From Hyalangium minutum (GTDB lineage Bacteria > Myxococcota > Myxococcia > Myxococcales > Myxococcaceae): DNA of 64,000 nt. Numbering within the stretch: the stretch's first letter is position 1; each line of letters begins with the position of its first letter. This document shows, in pieces, positions 1-10,932 of the stretch. The position numbers were made by a program, and so were the translations under genes. A model generated the notes under the pieces. It was not told the origin of the DNA and ran no database searches. It saw only the letters and a list, made by a program, of their open reading frames with translations. The stretch spans positions 237,615 through 301,614 of the forward strand of contig NZ_JMCB01000012.1 of assembly GCF_000737315.1 (NCBI RefSeq). The letters run 5' to 3'.

Positions 1-2
1 AG

Positions 3-3000
3 GTGTGGAAGAGCGATGGCACCGAGGCGGGCACCGTGCTCGCCAAGGACGTCAACGCGACCTCGGACGACGCGGAGCTGTTCCGGTTCTCGATCGTGAA
101 TAACACGCTCCTCTTCTGGGCCAATGACGGAGCGACGGGCAGCGAGCCGTGGCGGAGCAACGGTACGGAGGCGGGCACCACGCTCGTGAAGGACATCGCG
201 GCGGGAACGGCATGGTCCAATCCCATCTCGACCCTGGTGATCAATGACACGCTCTTCGTCTCGGCAAGGGACGCCACCGGGGACCAGGAGCTGTGGAAGA
301 CGGATGGCACGACAGCAGGTACGGTGCTCGTGAAGGATATCCGCCCGGGCGGCGCAGGCTCCCAGCCCTCTGAATTCAGGAATCTCAACGGCACGCTCGT
401 CTTCGTGGCCAGTGACGGCAGCACGGGCGCAGAGCTGTGGAAGAGCGATGGCACGGCGGCCGGCACCGTGCTCATCAAGGACATCAACCCGTCCACGGGG
501 AGCACGGGGCCATCGAGGCTCACGCCCATAGGCAACACGCTCTTCTTCACGGCCTCGAACGGCACGAACGGCTATGAGCTGTGGAAGACGGACGGCACGA
601 CAGCCGGCACCGTGCTCCTCAAGGACCTCATGCCGGGCTCCGCAGACAGCTGGCCGAGCAACCTGTTCGCCACCTCGAGCGGCACGCTCCTGTTCTCCGG
701 CAATGATGGGGTGAACGGCGGCGAGCTGTGGAAGAGCGACGGCACGACGGCCGGCACGGTCCTTCTCAAGGACATCAATCCGGGCTCTGCCTCCAGCAAC
801 CCAAGCACCTTCGTAGAGGTCGATGGCACGATCTTCTTCATGGCCTATACCTCCGCAGGCCAGGAGCTGTGGAAGACGGATGGCACGGCGGCCGGCACGG
901 TGTTCGTCAAGGACATCTACCCGGGGGGGAACAGCTCTCGAATGGCATCGCTGACCCGCTTCGGCAACAAGCTGTTCTTCACGGCCGACGACAGCGTGCA
1001 TGGCCAGGAGCTCTGGGTGAGCGATGGCACCGAGGCGGGCACGATGCTCTTCAAGGACATCACCCCGAACACGTTTGGCTTCCCTCCGGAAAGCCTCACC
1101 GTGGTGGGCGACACGCTGGTCTTCTCCGCGGATGATGGCGTCAACGGATTCGAGCTGTGGGTAAGCGACGGCACCGTCGCGGGCACACGGATGCTCGCCA
1201 ACCTCGCCCCGGACAATGGGGGCTCCTATCCTGGCATGTTCATCCTCATGGGCCAGACGATCTTCTTCCGGGCCACGGATATGGTGCATGGCTTCGAGCT
1301 GTGGCGCCTACCGCTCACGACGGGCTCGGACACCGCGCCGCCGGTGGTGACGTGCCCCACGCCGAGGACCGCCGAGGCCACGGCGGCCACGGGTGCGGCG
1401 GTGACGTATCCGCCCGCGACGGCCGTGGATGACACCACTCCCAGCTCGTCGCTGGTGATGAGCTACAGCCGCCCGAGTGGCGCGACGTTCCCGCTCGGCA
1501 CGACGTCCGTCTCGGTCACGGCGACCGATCTGTCGGGCAATACCAGTGGGTGCTCCTTCACCATCACGGTGCGAGACACAACCCCGCCCGCGCTGACGTG
1601 TCCCGCGAACGTCACGGTGCAGGCCACGAGCGCCTCGGGCGCCACGGTGAGCTACCCGGCCACGACCGCTTCGGATGCCGTGTCGTCTGTCACGCTGACC
1701 TACAGCCAGGCCACGGGGACGGCGTTTCCTCGAGGCACCACCCCGGTCACCGTCACGGCCCGGGACGCCGCCACCAACACGTCCTCCTGCACCTTCAACG
1801 TGACGGTGACGGATCCGCCTGCGCCCACCATCACCTGTCCGGCGAACGCGTCGGCGGAGGCCACGAGCAGCGCGGGTGCCACGGTCTCCTATCCTCCAGC
1901 CAGTGCCACGGGAATGAGCGTCACGGTGAACTACAGCCGGGCCTCGGACACGGTGTTCCCGCTGGGCGCCACGAGCGTTACCGCCACTGCACGTGACAGC
2001 CTGGACCGCACCGCCACGTGCAGCTTCGCCGTCATCGTCCGAGACACCACGCCCCCGGCGGTCTCCTGCCCGGCCAACGTGACGGCGCAGGCCACGAGTG
2101 CCTCGGGCGCCACGGTGAGCTACCCGGCTCCGGCCGCCTCGGACACGGTCTCCTCCGTCACGCTGGCCTACAGCCAGGCCTCGGGGACAACGTTTGCCCG
2201 AGGCACCACCCTCGTCACGGTCACCGCACGCGATGCGGCCAACAACTCCGCCTCCTGCACCTTCAACGTGACGGTGACGGATCCGCCTGCGCCCACCATC
2301 ACCTGTCCGGCGAACGTGACGGGGGAGGCCACCAGCAGCGCGGGCGCCACGGCGACCTACTCGCCCGCCAGTGCCACCGGCACGGGCGTCTCGGTGAGCT
2401 ACAGCCAGGCATCAGGGAGCGCGTTCCCACTGGGCACCACCACGGTCACCGCCACCGCGAGTGACAGCCTGAACCGGACCGCCACGTGCAGCTTCACTGT
2501 CACCGTCCGAGACACCACGCCCCCGGCGGTCTCCTGCCCGGCCAACGTGACCGTGGAGGCGGCAAGTGCCTCGGGCGCCACGGTGAACTACCCAGCCGCG
2601 ACCGCCTCGGATTCCGTGTCCAACGTCACGCTGAGCTACAGCCAGGCCTCGGGGACAACGTTTGCCCGAGGCACCACCCTCGTCACGGTCACCGCGCGCG
2701 ATGCGGCCAACAACTCCGCCTCCTGCACCTTCAACGTCACCGTGACGGACCCTGCGGCTCCCACCATCACCTGTCCGGCCAATGTGCCGGTGGAGGCCAC
2801 CAGCAGCGCGGGCGCCATGGCTACCTATGCCCCCGCGAGCGCCTCGGGGCTGGGCGTCTCGGTAAGCTACAGCCACGCTTCGGGGAGCGTGTTCCCCTTG
2901 GGCGCCACCACCGTCACCGCCACCGCGCGTGACGGCTTGGAGCGCACCGCCACGTGCACCTTCACCGTCACCGTCCGGGACACCACTTCGCCCACCCTCT

Positions 3001-4556
3001 CCTGCCCGGCGAACGTGACGGCGCAGGCCACGAGTGCCTCGGGCGCCACGGTGAGCTACCCGGCTCCGGCCGCCTCGGACACAGTCTCAACGGTGGAGGT
3101 CAGCTACAGCCACGTCTCGGGAAGCACCTTCGCCCGAGGCACCACCGTCGTCACCGTCACCGCGCGCGATGCGGCCAACAACTCCGCCTCCTGCACCTTC
3201 AACGTCACCGTGACGGACCCTGCGGCTCCCACCATCACCTGTCCGGCCAATGTGACGGTGGAAGCCACCAGCAGCGCGGGCGCCATGGCTACCTATGCCC
3301 CCGCGAGCGCCTCGGGGCTGGGCGTCTCAGTAAGCTACAGCCACGCTTCGGGGAGCGTGTTCCCCTTGGGCGCCACCACCGTCACCGCCACCGCGCGTGA
3401 CAGCCTGGAGCGCACCAGCACCTGCACCTTCACCGTCACCGTCCGGGACACCACGGCCCCCACCGTCACGTGTCCGGCCAACGTGACGGTCGAGGCGGTG
3501 AGCGCCTCGGGCACCTCAGTGAGCTACACGGCGGCAACCTTTTCGGACACCGTGTCCTCCGTCACGCTGAGCTACAGCCAAGCCTCTGGGACACTCTTCC
3601 CCCTGGGTGCCACGGTGATCACCGTCACCGCCACGGACGCGGCGAGCAACTCCCGCTCGTGCACCTTCACCGTCTCTGTCAGAGACACCATCGCGCCCAC
3701 CCTCACCTGCGGTGCGGAGGTCATCGCCGAGGCGACTGGTCTTCAGGGAGCCCTCGTCGACTTCCCGCTCCCTACCGCTACGGATGACGGCTCTCCCTTG
3801 CCCACCATCGTGTCGAGCCACGCGCCCGGCAGCCGCTTCCCGCTCGGCAGCACGACCGTCACCATCACGGCTTCGGATGCCGCGGGCAACTCGGCCTGGT
3901 GCCAGTTCAGGGTCACCGTGCGAGACACCACCGCGCCTCAGCTCGGCTGCCCGGCCGACATGACGGTGGAGGCAACCGGCTCCTCGGGAGCGGCCGTCAT
4001 CTTCTCCTCGACCGCTCCGAGCGACGCGGTCACCCAGGCACCGGACGTGTCTCTCAGCCACGCGCCCGGCAGCCGCTTCCCACTGGGGACGACCCCCGTG
4101 CGCATCACCGCCACGGACGATGCGGGCAACTCCAGCGCCTGCACCTTTACCATCACCGTGCGAGACAGCACCGCTCCGGCCCTCGCCTGCCCAGCGAACG
4201 TGACGGTGCTGGCCTCGAGCACGCAGGGTGCGGTGGTGCAGTACCCGCCCGCGACTGCCTCGGATGCCGTGTCCACGCCGTTGCTCCACTACAGCCCCGC
4301 CTCCGGTGAGGTCTTCCCGTTGGGCACCACCCCGGTCTCGGTGACGGCGACGGACTCCGCCAGCAATGCTTCCGCCTGCACCTTCCAGGTGACGGTGCAG
4401 CCCCAGCCTCAGCCCCCGCCTCCCCCCGACGAGGAGCTGCCTCCGTCCGGCTGCGGGTGCGGCGCCGACCCCAGCGCTTCGACGGGGCTGAGCTGGGCGG
4501 GGATCTGCCTGCTGATGTGGGGGCTCTCGCGCCGCCGCATCCGCACCGGGGCGTAA
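3..4556 (+). CDS. ELWxxDGT-repeat / 13x HYR-domain surface protein with MYXO-CTERM tail (5' end outside window)
   Basis: About 10 ELW(K/V)(S/T)DGT repeats, then 13 DxxxPxxxCP-initiated HYR domains, a Pro linker and GCGCG + TM helix + RRR C-terminus. Confidence 0.92.
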   Translation: MWKSDGTEAGTVLAKDVNATSDDAELFRFSIVNNTLLFWANDGATGSEPWRSNGTEAGTTLVKDIAAGTAWSNPISTLVINDTLFVSARDATGDQELWKTDGTTAGTVLVKDIRPGGAGSQPSEFRNLNGTLVFVASDGSTGAELWKSDGTAAGTVLIKDINPSTGSTGPSRLTPIGNTLFFTASNGTNGYELWKTDGTTAGTVLLKDLMPGSADSWPSNLFATSSGTLLFSGNDGVNGGELWKSDGTTAGTVLLKDINPGSASSNPSTFVEVDGTIFFMAYTSAGQELWKTDGTAAGTVFVKDIYPGGNSSRMASLTRFGNKLFFTADDSVHGQELWVSDGTEAGTMLFKDITPNTFGFPPESLTVVGDTLVFSADDGVNGFELWVSDGTVAGTRMLANLAPDNGGSYPGMFILMGQTIFFRATDMVHGFELWRLPLTTGSDTAPPVVTCPTPRTAEATAATGAAVTYPPATAVDDTTPSSSLVMSYSRPSGATFPLGTTSVSVTATDLSGNTSGCSFTITVRDTTPPALTCPANVTVQATSASGATVSYPATTASDAVSSVTLTYSQATGTAFPRGTTPVTVTARDAATNTSSCTFNVTVTDPPAPTITCPANASAEATSSAGATVSYPPASATGMSVTVNYSRASDTVFPLGATSVTATARDSLDRTATCSFAVIVRDTTPPAVSCPANVTAQATSASGATVSYPAPAASDTVSSVTLAYSQASGTTFARGTTLVTVTARDAANNSASCTFNVTVTDPPAPTITCPANVTGEATSSAGATATYSPASATGTGVSVSYSQASGSAFPLGTTTVTATASDSLNRTATCSFTVTVRDTTPPAVSCPANVTVEAASASGATVNYPAATASDSVSNVTLSYSQASGTTFARGTTLVTVTARDAANNSASCTFNVTVTDPAAPTITCPANVPVEATSSAGAMATYAPASASGLGVSVSYSHASGSVFPLGATTVTATARDGLERTATCTFTVTVRDTTSPTLSCPANVTAQATSASGATVSYPAPAASDTVSTVEVSYSHVSGSTFARGTTVVTVTARDAANNSASCTFNVTVTDPAAPTITCPANVTVEATSSAGAMATYAPASASGLGVSVSYSHASGSVFPLGATTVTATARDSLERTSTCTFTVTVRDTTAPTVTCPANVTVEAVSASGTSVSYTAATFSDTVSSVTLSYSQASGTLFPLGATVITVTATDAASNSRSCTFTVSVRDTIAPTLTCGAEVIAEATGLQGALVDFPLPTATDDGSPLPTIVSSHAPGSRFPLGSTTVTITASDAAGNSAWCQFRVTVRDTTAPQLGCPADMTVEATGSSGAAVIFSSTAPSDAVTQAPDVSLSHAPGSRFPLGTTPVRITATDDAGNSSACTFTITVRDSTAPALACPANVTVLASSTQGAVVQYPPATASDAVSTPLLHYSPASGEVFPLGTTPVSVTATDSASNASACTFQVTVQPQPQPPPPPDEELPPSGCGCGADPSASTGLSWAGICLLMWGLSRRRIRTGA
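1572..3680 (+). repeat. 468-bp tandem repeat (two HYR domains per unit, about 4.5 units)
   Basis: cg(a/g)gacac unit starts at about 1572, 2040, 2508, 2976 and 3444; shadow ORFs recur at exactly 468-bp spacing. Confidence 0.9.
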
Positions 4557-4600
4557 CTCCCACAGCGCGAGAGGGCGCAGGTGTGCGAGAACCTCACGCC

Positions 4601-4885
4601 ATGCGCCCACTCATTCTTGCGTCGCTCGCGTTCCTCTCTGGCTGCTGTCTCTCCATGGAGGAGTTTGATCAGCAGGCCGAGGAGGCCGCCGCCTGCTCCC
4701 CGGGAGACACCTGTGTCCTCGCGGGTTCAGCGCAGTGCCTCTGCGCCCGGCCCGTCAACGCCTCGAAGGCCGCGGAGCTCAACGCCTCCGCGGGGGACGT
4801 CTGCTGCGGTGGAACGATGGTGGAATGCATCGCCTTCACGAACCTGCGCTGCGAGAACGGCCAGTGCGTGGGCGACATCCAGTAA
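4601..4885 (+). CDS. small Cys-rich lipoprotein (94 aa)
   Basis: MRPLILASLAFLSGC lipobox; 11 Cys in total. Confidence 0.75.
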   Translation: MRPLILASLAFLSGCCLSMEEFDQQAEEAAACSPGDTCVLAGSAQCLCARPVNASKAAELNASAGDVCCGGTMVECIAFTNLRCENGQCVGDIQ

Positions 4886-4889
4886 CGGC

Positions 4890-5783
<894 letters not shown>

Positions 5784-5850
5784 CGAGTCACTCTCCGAAG
5801 AGCGGTTGAAGTCGGGCGCGGACCCTACACCACCCTCCGGGGCCGCTGGC

Positions 5851-7257
5851 TCACTTCTTCGCAGCGTCCTGGCCCAGCTCCTGGGCCATCTGCGCCCCTG
5901 GATCGGGGCGCTTGTCTCGCAGGGTGACGAACTCCTCGGCGGCCGTGGGGTGGATGCCCACCGTGGAGTCGAGCTGCTTCTTCGTCACCCCACACTTGAG
6001 CGCCACCGCCAGCCCCTGGACGATCTCCGGTGCGTCCGCTCCCACCATGTGGAAGCCCAGCACCCGCCCGCTGGAGCGCTCGACGATGACCTTCATCATC
6101 GACCGCTCCTCCCGGCCGCTCAGCGTGTGCTTCATGGGCCGGAAGCTGGACGCGTACACGTCCACCTCGCCGTGCAGTTCCCGCGCCTCCAGCTCGGTGA
6201 GGCCTACCGTGCCCACCGGAGGCTGACTGAACACGGCCGACGGCACTCCGGTGTGGTCCATCTTCACGGGGTTGTTGTTGAAGAGCGTCTCCGACAGCGC
6301 CCGCCCCTCGGCGATGGCCACGGGCGTGAGGTTGAGTCGGTCCGTCACGTCTCCCACCGCGTAGATGCTCTCCACGGAGGTGCGTGAGCCCTCATCCACC
6401 ACCACCGCGCTGCGCGCGTCAAGCTTCACCCCCACCTCCTCCAACCCCAGCCCTTGCGTGTTGGGCACGCGCCCCGTGGCGAACATCACCGCGTCGGCCT
6501 CGGGCGTGTCGCCCATGCGCGTGAGCACGCTCAGCGTCCCGTCCGAGCGCTTCTCGATGTCGCGCACGAACACCTCGGAGCGGATGTCGATGCCCTTCTT
6601 GCGCAGCTCCTGCGTGAGGAACGCGCGCACGTCGTCATCGAAGCCACGCAGCACCGTGTCCCCGCGGATGAGCACCGTCACCTTGGCGCCGAGCGCGTTG
6701 AAGATGCCCGCGAACTCCACGGCGATGTAGCCGCCGCCCACAATGATGATCCGGCGCGGCAGCTCCTTCAGGTTGAGCGCGCCATCCGAGGTGATGACGT
6801 GCTCGATGCCCGGATGCTCGGGAAGGAACGGCCGCGAGCCCGTGGACACGAGGATGTGGGCCGCCGTGTACTGCTTGCCAGCGACCTCCACGGTGTGGGC
6901 ATCCACGATGCGCCCCCGGCCCTCGATGAGCTGCACGCCCGCGTCCCGGAGCAGGCGTTTGTAGACGCCATTGAGCCGGTCCAGTTCCTTGTCCTTGGCA
7001 ACTTGGAGCTTCTTCCAGTCGTGCTTCGGCTCGGGGACGGACCAGCCGAAGCCCGCAGCGTCCTCGAAGTCGTGGCGGAAGTGAGCGCCGTAGACGAGCA
7101 GCTTCTTGGGGACACAGCCACGGAGGACACAGGTGCCTCCTACGCGGTCCTCTTCGCAGATGGCGACCCGGGCGCCGTAGGCGCCGGCCCGGCGGCTGGA
7201 GGCCACCCCGCCTGAGCCTGCGCCAATCGTGAAGAGATCGAAGTCGTACTGGGGCAA
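5851..7257 (-). CDS. gor: glutathione-disulfide reductase
   Basis: GAGSGG FAD motif, GGTCVLRGCVPKK redox disulfide, GGGYIAVEF and C-terminal HPTAAEE. Confidence 0.93.
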   Translation of the reverse strand: MPQYDFDLFTIGAGSGGVASSRRAGAYGARVAICEEDRVGGTCVLRGCVPKKLLVYGAHFRHDFEDAAGFGWSVPEPKHDWKKLQVAKDKELDRLNGVYKRLLRDAGVQLIEGRGRIVDAHTVEVAGKQYTAAHILVSTGSRPFLPEHPGIEHVITSDGALNLKELPRRIIIVGGGYIAVEFAGIFNALGAKVTVLIRGDTVLRGFDDDVRAFLTQELRKKGIDIRSEVFVRDIEKRSDGTLSVLTRMGDTPEADAVMFATGRVPNTQGLGLEEVGVKLDARSAVVVDEGSRTSVESIYAVGDVTDRLNLTPVAIAEGRALSETLFNNNPVKMDHTGVPSAVFSQPPVGTVGLTELEARELHGEVDVYASSFRPMKHTLSGREERSMMKVIVERSSGRVLGFHMVGADAPEIVQGLAVALKCGVTKKQLDSTVGIHPTAAEEFVTLRDKRPDPGAQMAQELGQDAAKK

Positions 7258-7305
7258 AGTCTCCTCCCTCCGTCCGAGGTTTCCGGGAGGGCACCTTAGC
7301 CGGGC

Positions 7306-8391
7306 TCAGGCGCGAGCGCCGTCCCAGTCCTCGACTTCGTAGAGGAAGCGTGAACCACCCATCAGCTTGCGGTTCTGCGAGGTGCTCTGGACGAACACCA
7401 CGTACTTCTCCAGGTTGGCGGGGCGGATGCGAACCGTCTCGCCCGGCGGAAGCCCGAGCATCTCCCGCGCGCCGTCGCCGCTGAACAGGTCGCCCGTCTT
7501 GCGATCCATGAGGACGATCTCCTTGCGGCCCTGGATGGTCTCCGTCTTGGTGAACTCGTAGAAGCCGCGGCCCGCCTTGAACTTCAGGCCGTTCTCCGTG
7601 ACGAAGTTCTTGATGGGGCTGTCCTTGTCCACATCCAGGAACTGGAAGCGGCCCGGAGAGACGGCGCGTAGATCCGTGGCCGCGTATGCGGTGGGCGTCT
7701 CGCGCTTGAGCATGGTGTTGAACACCGTGTTCAGGCCGCGGGTCAGGCGGCCCTCCTTGGCCACCTCCGCCTCGTACGCCTGGAGCTTCATGTCTCCCGA
7801 CTGCTTGTAGCAGATGGCCAGCAGCGTATCGGTGATGTACGCGAACTGATCCAGGCTCAAGTGGAAGCCGCCGGACTTCTGCGCCAGCTCCTTGTAGAAG
7901 GCCGTCGCGTGGCGGCGGTTGAGCGCCTGCACGCCGTACACGGGGATGCCCATGCGTCCCAGCGCGTCCACCTCCACGCGCCAGTCCAGCTTGCGCGGGT
8001 TCTGGCTCGGCCCGTGCGGCACGTCGTCACCGATGAGCACGAACGCCTTCGTATAGCCCGCTGTCCAGGACAGCTTCTGCGCCTGGTGGAGCACCAGCTC
8101 GTAGCACTCGGGGGCATCACCGCCGCCGGTGGGCTCCACGCGCTCCACGAAGCGCACGATGGCGTCCTTGTCGTCCGTGAGATCCAGGAGCTTGGTGACG
8201 TAGGTGGATCCCTCGTCGCAGTAGTCGCCGTGCGCGATGACCCCAATGCGGATGCCAGGGATTTCCTTCATGAGACGCGAGACGGTGGCGCCCACCTTCT
8301 TTCGCACCTGCGCCAGGCACGGGTACATGCTGCCGGTAGTGTCAAAGCTGAAGACGATCTCGACGCGGTTATCGATCACCTCAGTGCTCAT
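7306..8391 (-). CDS. vWA-domain protein with uncharacterised C-terminal domain
   Basis: FDTTGSM MIDAS motif, GGGDAPECYE and LIGDDVPH; ATG at 8391 preceded by GAGGG; the upstream in-frame extension looks non-coding. Confidence 0.85.
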   Translation of the reverse strand: MSTEVIDNRVEIVFSFDTTGSMYPCLAQVRKKVGATVSRLMKEIPGIRIGVIAHGDYCDEGSTYVTKLLDLTDDKDAIVRFVERVEPTGGGDAPECYELVLHQAQKLSWTAGYTKAFVLIGDDVPHGPSQNPRKLDWRVEVDALGRMGIPVYGVQALNRRHATAFYKELAQKSGGFHLSLDQFAYITDTLLAICYKQSGDMKLQAYEAEVAKEGRLTRGLNTVFNTMLKRETPTAYAATDLRAVSPGRFQFLDVDKDSPIKNFVTENGLKFKAGRGFYEFTKTETIQGRKEIVLMDRKTGDLFSGDGAREMLGLPPGETVRIRPANLEKYVVFVQSTSQNRKLMGGSRFLYEVEDWDGARA

Positions 8392-8439
8392 CGTTCCCTC
8401 GATTGAAAGCGGCTGAACGGGCACAGAGATACGCAGGAG

Positions 8440-8447
8440 GTCTGACA
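8440..8447 (-). promoter_or_regulatory. TGTCAGAC promoter-like motif upstream of the vWA gene
   Basis: TGTCAGAC-N8-TATCTC, the same geometry as upstream of both Rpn-like genes. Confidence 0.4.
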
Positions 8448-8503
8448 AAAAAAGGGGCTCTGCCAGAGCGGATCCGCGCGTTTTTCGAGGGCTCTGGAGG
8501 ACG

Positions 8504-9199
8504 TCAGACCGCCATGTCAGGCGCGGGACTCGAGCTGTATTGCGGCCTGCGTGCTGAGAGGGCGATGCAGAGCTGCCCAGTCCAGTACAGCAGCATGACG
8601 GCGTAACCTGATCCAGGCACGGGCTGCACGAAGAGCCGGATGGCGAGCAGGAGATCACTGGCGGCGAACATCAATGCACCGGCCAGCGCGGCCCACTGAT
8701 CTCGAGGGCCCAACCCACTGGCACCCAGCATCGCCCATGAGCGCCACGTCATCGTGCAGATGACGGCGATATAGGCCATCACGGGCCATGCGAGGCCTCC
8801 GAGCCCGGGCCACAGGAACACGCCGGCCCCTACGGCGAGGAGAAGGAATGGGAGGCCACGCATGACACTGGGGATGCGCGTCACGGACAGATACGCAGCG
8901 GCATAGGCCACGTGGGCGAGCAGGAAGGCGAACAGCCCTGGCAGGAATTGCTCCGGGCCTATCTCCAACAGCAGATCTCCGATCAGCGAGAGGACCAGCC
9001 CGGCGAAGATCCACCGCGGATAGGCCCCGCGAGGAGGCCAGAGCCACAAGAGCAGACAGAGGAGCGGTACCGCCTTGGCGCCCATCCGCAGTTCGTAGCG
9101 CTCCCGCTCTATGATGAGCAGGAAGGCCATGACGCCCGTCGCGCCCACCGCCGCGAGGATCCGGCTCTTGACTGTGCTCTCTTCGCGCATGGGTGGCAT
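8504..9199 (-). CDS. YhhN/TMEM86 family lysoplasmalogenase-like membrane protein
   Basis: Multi-TM protein with KAVP, GDLLL, FAFLLAHVAY, GALMFAASD and LYWTGQ motifs; start uncertain. Confidence 0.85.
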   Translation of the reverse strand: MPPMREESTVKSRILAAVGATGVMAFLLIIERERYELRMGAKAVPLLCLLLWLWPPRGAYPRWIFAGLVLSLIGDLLLEIGPEQFLPGLFAFLLAHVAYAAAYLSVTRIPSVMRGLPFLLLAVGAGVFLWPGLGGLAWPVMAYIAVICTMTWRSWAMLGASGLGPRDQWAALAGALMFAASDLLLAIRLFVQPVPGSGYAVMLLYWTGQLCIALSARRPQYSSSPAPDMAV

Positions 9200-9256
9200 C
9201 CTAATCCAGTCAGCTTTGGCATGGCCGCCCGTCGGCGGGCGCCAGGGAGCTCAGCC

Positions 9257-10912
9257 ATGACCGAGCAACTCGAAACGCTGAGACGCAGGGCCCGGCCAGA
9301 TGACCTCGAGTCGCTGCGCCGCCTGGATCGCGCCCTCCAACGCTCGGGCTGGCGTGTGGCGGAGAAGACACCACGGGAGTGGATCTCCGAGTTCTCCCGC
9401 TGCCCGCTGGATCGCCACCTCAGCATTCCCGCGGAAGCTGAGACCCTGAGCACTGCTGGCCTGGCAGCGGTGCCTCCCTTGGTGGAGACCCTCCGAACGA
9501 AAGAGCTGTCTCCCAAGCATGAGCTCGACGTCCGGATCCGCGCGCACTGTGTCTCCACGCTGATGCTCATCCAGCCACCGCCCACGTGCGCCATCCCCGC
9601 GCTCCTGGAGACACTCCGCACACGCAGCACACGGCTGCGGCGTATGACCCTCTGGGTGCTGACTCGCAAGCTGATTCCCCAGCCCACGTCCCTCGCGACC
9701 CGCGAGCTCATCGCGTGTCTCGAGAGCAAGCACGAGCCCGAGGTCCGCGCGGAGGCCGCGCGCGCGCTGTACACGCTGAAGGGTCCTCTGCCTCCCGAGG
9801 TCCGTCGCGCGGCACTGGGACGGCTGACGGACGTGGACAAGCGGGTGCGAAGGGGCGCGCTCCGGATCCTCGCCCGGCTGCCCGCGCCTGACCCGGAGGT
9901 GCGCACCACCGTCGAGGAGCAGGCCATCCTGGACGACGCGAACCGACTGGAGGCCGCCAGCACCCTGCTCCACTTCGACGAGCCCCGTGCCTTCGAGTTC
10001 CTTCAGGAGGAGGTGCTCTGCGCGGAGTCCCCCCAAGCCACCCATGCCCTCCTCTTGCGCAGCTTCCTCGCGCTCCAGCTCATCGAGCGGCTGGGCGCGA
10101 GAGCTGAGTCCACCCTCCCGGCCCTGCGCCGCGTCTCCTTCCACCCTCGGCTCGAGCCGGTGCTGCAGGCCGCCGCCTCCAGCATCGCCCGTGGCCGACT
10201 CGCGGCGCGGATGCCAGCACCGAGCCCGGATCAACTCCGGGACGAGCGCGCCGTCCGGCTCTTGGCGCCTCCGCCCGCAGCCACTCCCGACCTTCCTCCG
10301 GACAAGGCTCTCACGCACTGGGCCGCAGGTTTCCTCCCCTATGGACGCGAGCTGTGCGCGCGTATCGCTCTGGCGGCCGCTCGCCACGTCGCAGTGCTCT
10401 GGGAGAACGAGTCGCCCTTGAATGGCACTCCTCGCGAGGCGCTCGACGTCTTGGAGGAGTGGCTGTGCGACCCCCATGACACGATGGGGAGGCGCGTGGT
10501 CCAGGAGGGGAACGTCACTCCGAGCCAGCTCTGCGCGCCGTCCGCCTTCTCGGCCTCGTGGTCCACGACCTTCGCCACCCTCTGCGTGCCCACGGACGAG
10601 CAGCGCTCCGAGTGGGCGCCGTACGCCCAGCCTCTCGGCTCGGCGGAGGGAGGCTTCCTGGGCTCGGCGGTCCTCAGCGCCTGCCGCGCGCTCGGCAGCC
10701 GATCCGTGATCACCTGGGCCCTCGGCTCCAGCGCCGAGCCGTCCCTCCTCTCCGAGCAAGAGGCTGCCGAGGAGGTGCGCAAGGCCATCGTGGCGGAGGT
10801 GCTCCCGTGGGTCTGTGGCACGTGGGATCCCGTCGTGGACATCATCCGCCTCCGCCGGGAGCTGCTCGAGAGGCCACCCGCTTCGGTGAACACGGGCCGT
10901 TATCCGCCTTGA
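9257..10912 (+). CDS. HEAT-repeat protein with Imm5-like C-terminal helical domain
   Basis: HEAT-like repeats (PEVRAEAARAL, KRVRRGALRIL); C-terminal ARIALAAARHV..W..P...PREAL..LEEW; GGGAG RBS before ATG 9257. Confidence 0.65.
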   Translation: MTEQLETLRRRARPDDLESLRRLDRALQRSGWRVAEKTPREWISEFSRCPLDRHLSIPAEAETLSTAGLAAVPPLVETLRTKELSPKHELDVRIRAHCVSTLMLIQPPPTCAIPALLETLRTRSTRLRRMTLWVLTRKLIPQPTSLATRELIACLESKHEPEVRAEAARALYTLKGPLPPEVRRAALGRLTDVDKRVRRGALRILARLPAPDPEVRTTVEEQAILDDANRLEAASTLLHFDEPRAFEFLQEEVLCAESPQATHALLLRSFLALQLIERLGARAESTLPALRRVSFHPRLEPVLQAAASSIARGRLAARMPAPSPDQLRDERAVRLLAPPPAATPDLPPDKALTHWAAGFLPYGRELCARIALAAARHVAVLWENESPLNGTPREALDVLEEWLCDPHDTMGRRVVQEGNVTPSQLCAPSAFSASWSTTFATLCVPTDEQRSEWAPYAQPLGSAEGGFLGSAVLSACRALGSRSVITWALGSSAEPSLLSEQEAAEEVRKAIVAEVLPWVCGTWDPVVDIIRLRRELLERPPASVNTGRYPP

Positions 10913-10932
10913 TCTTCGCGCTCTCCGGACAC

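Noticed and set aside
1463-3400. Regularly spaced 60-aa and 148-aa ORFs suggesting an array or CRISPR
   Set aside because: Off-frame echoes of the 468-bp HYR repeat; there is no repeat-spacer structure.
8392-8658. 89-aa N-terminal extension of the vWA ORF
   Set aside because: Overlaps the YhhN gene and looks non-coding; a good RBS precedes ATG 8391.
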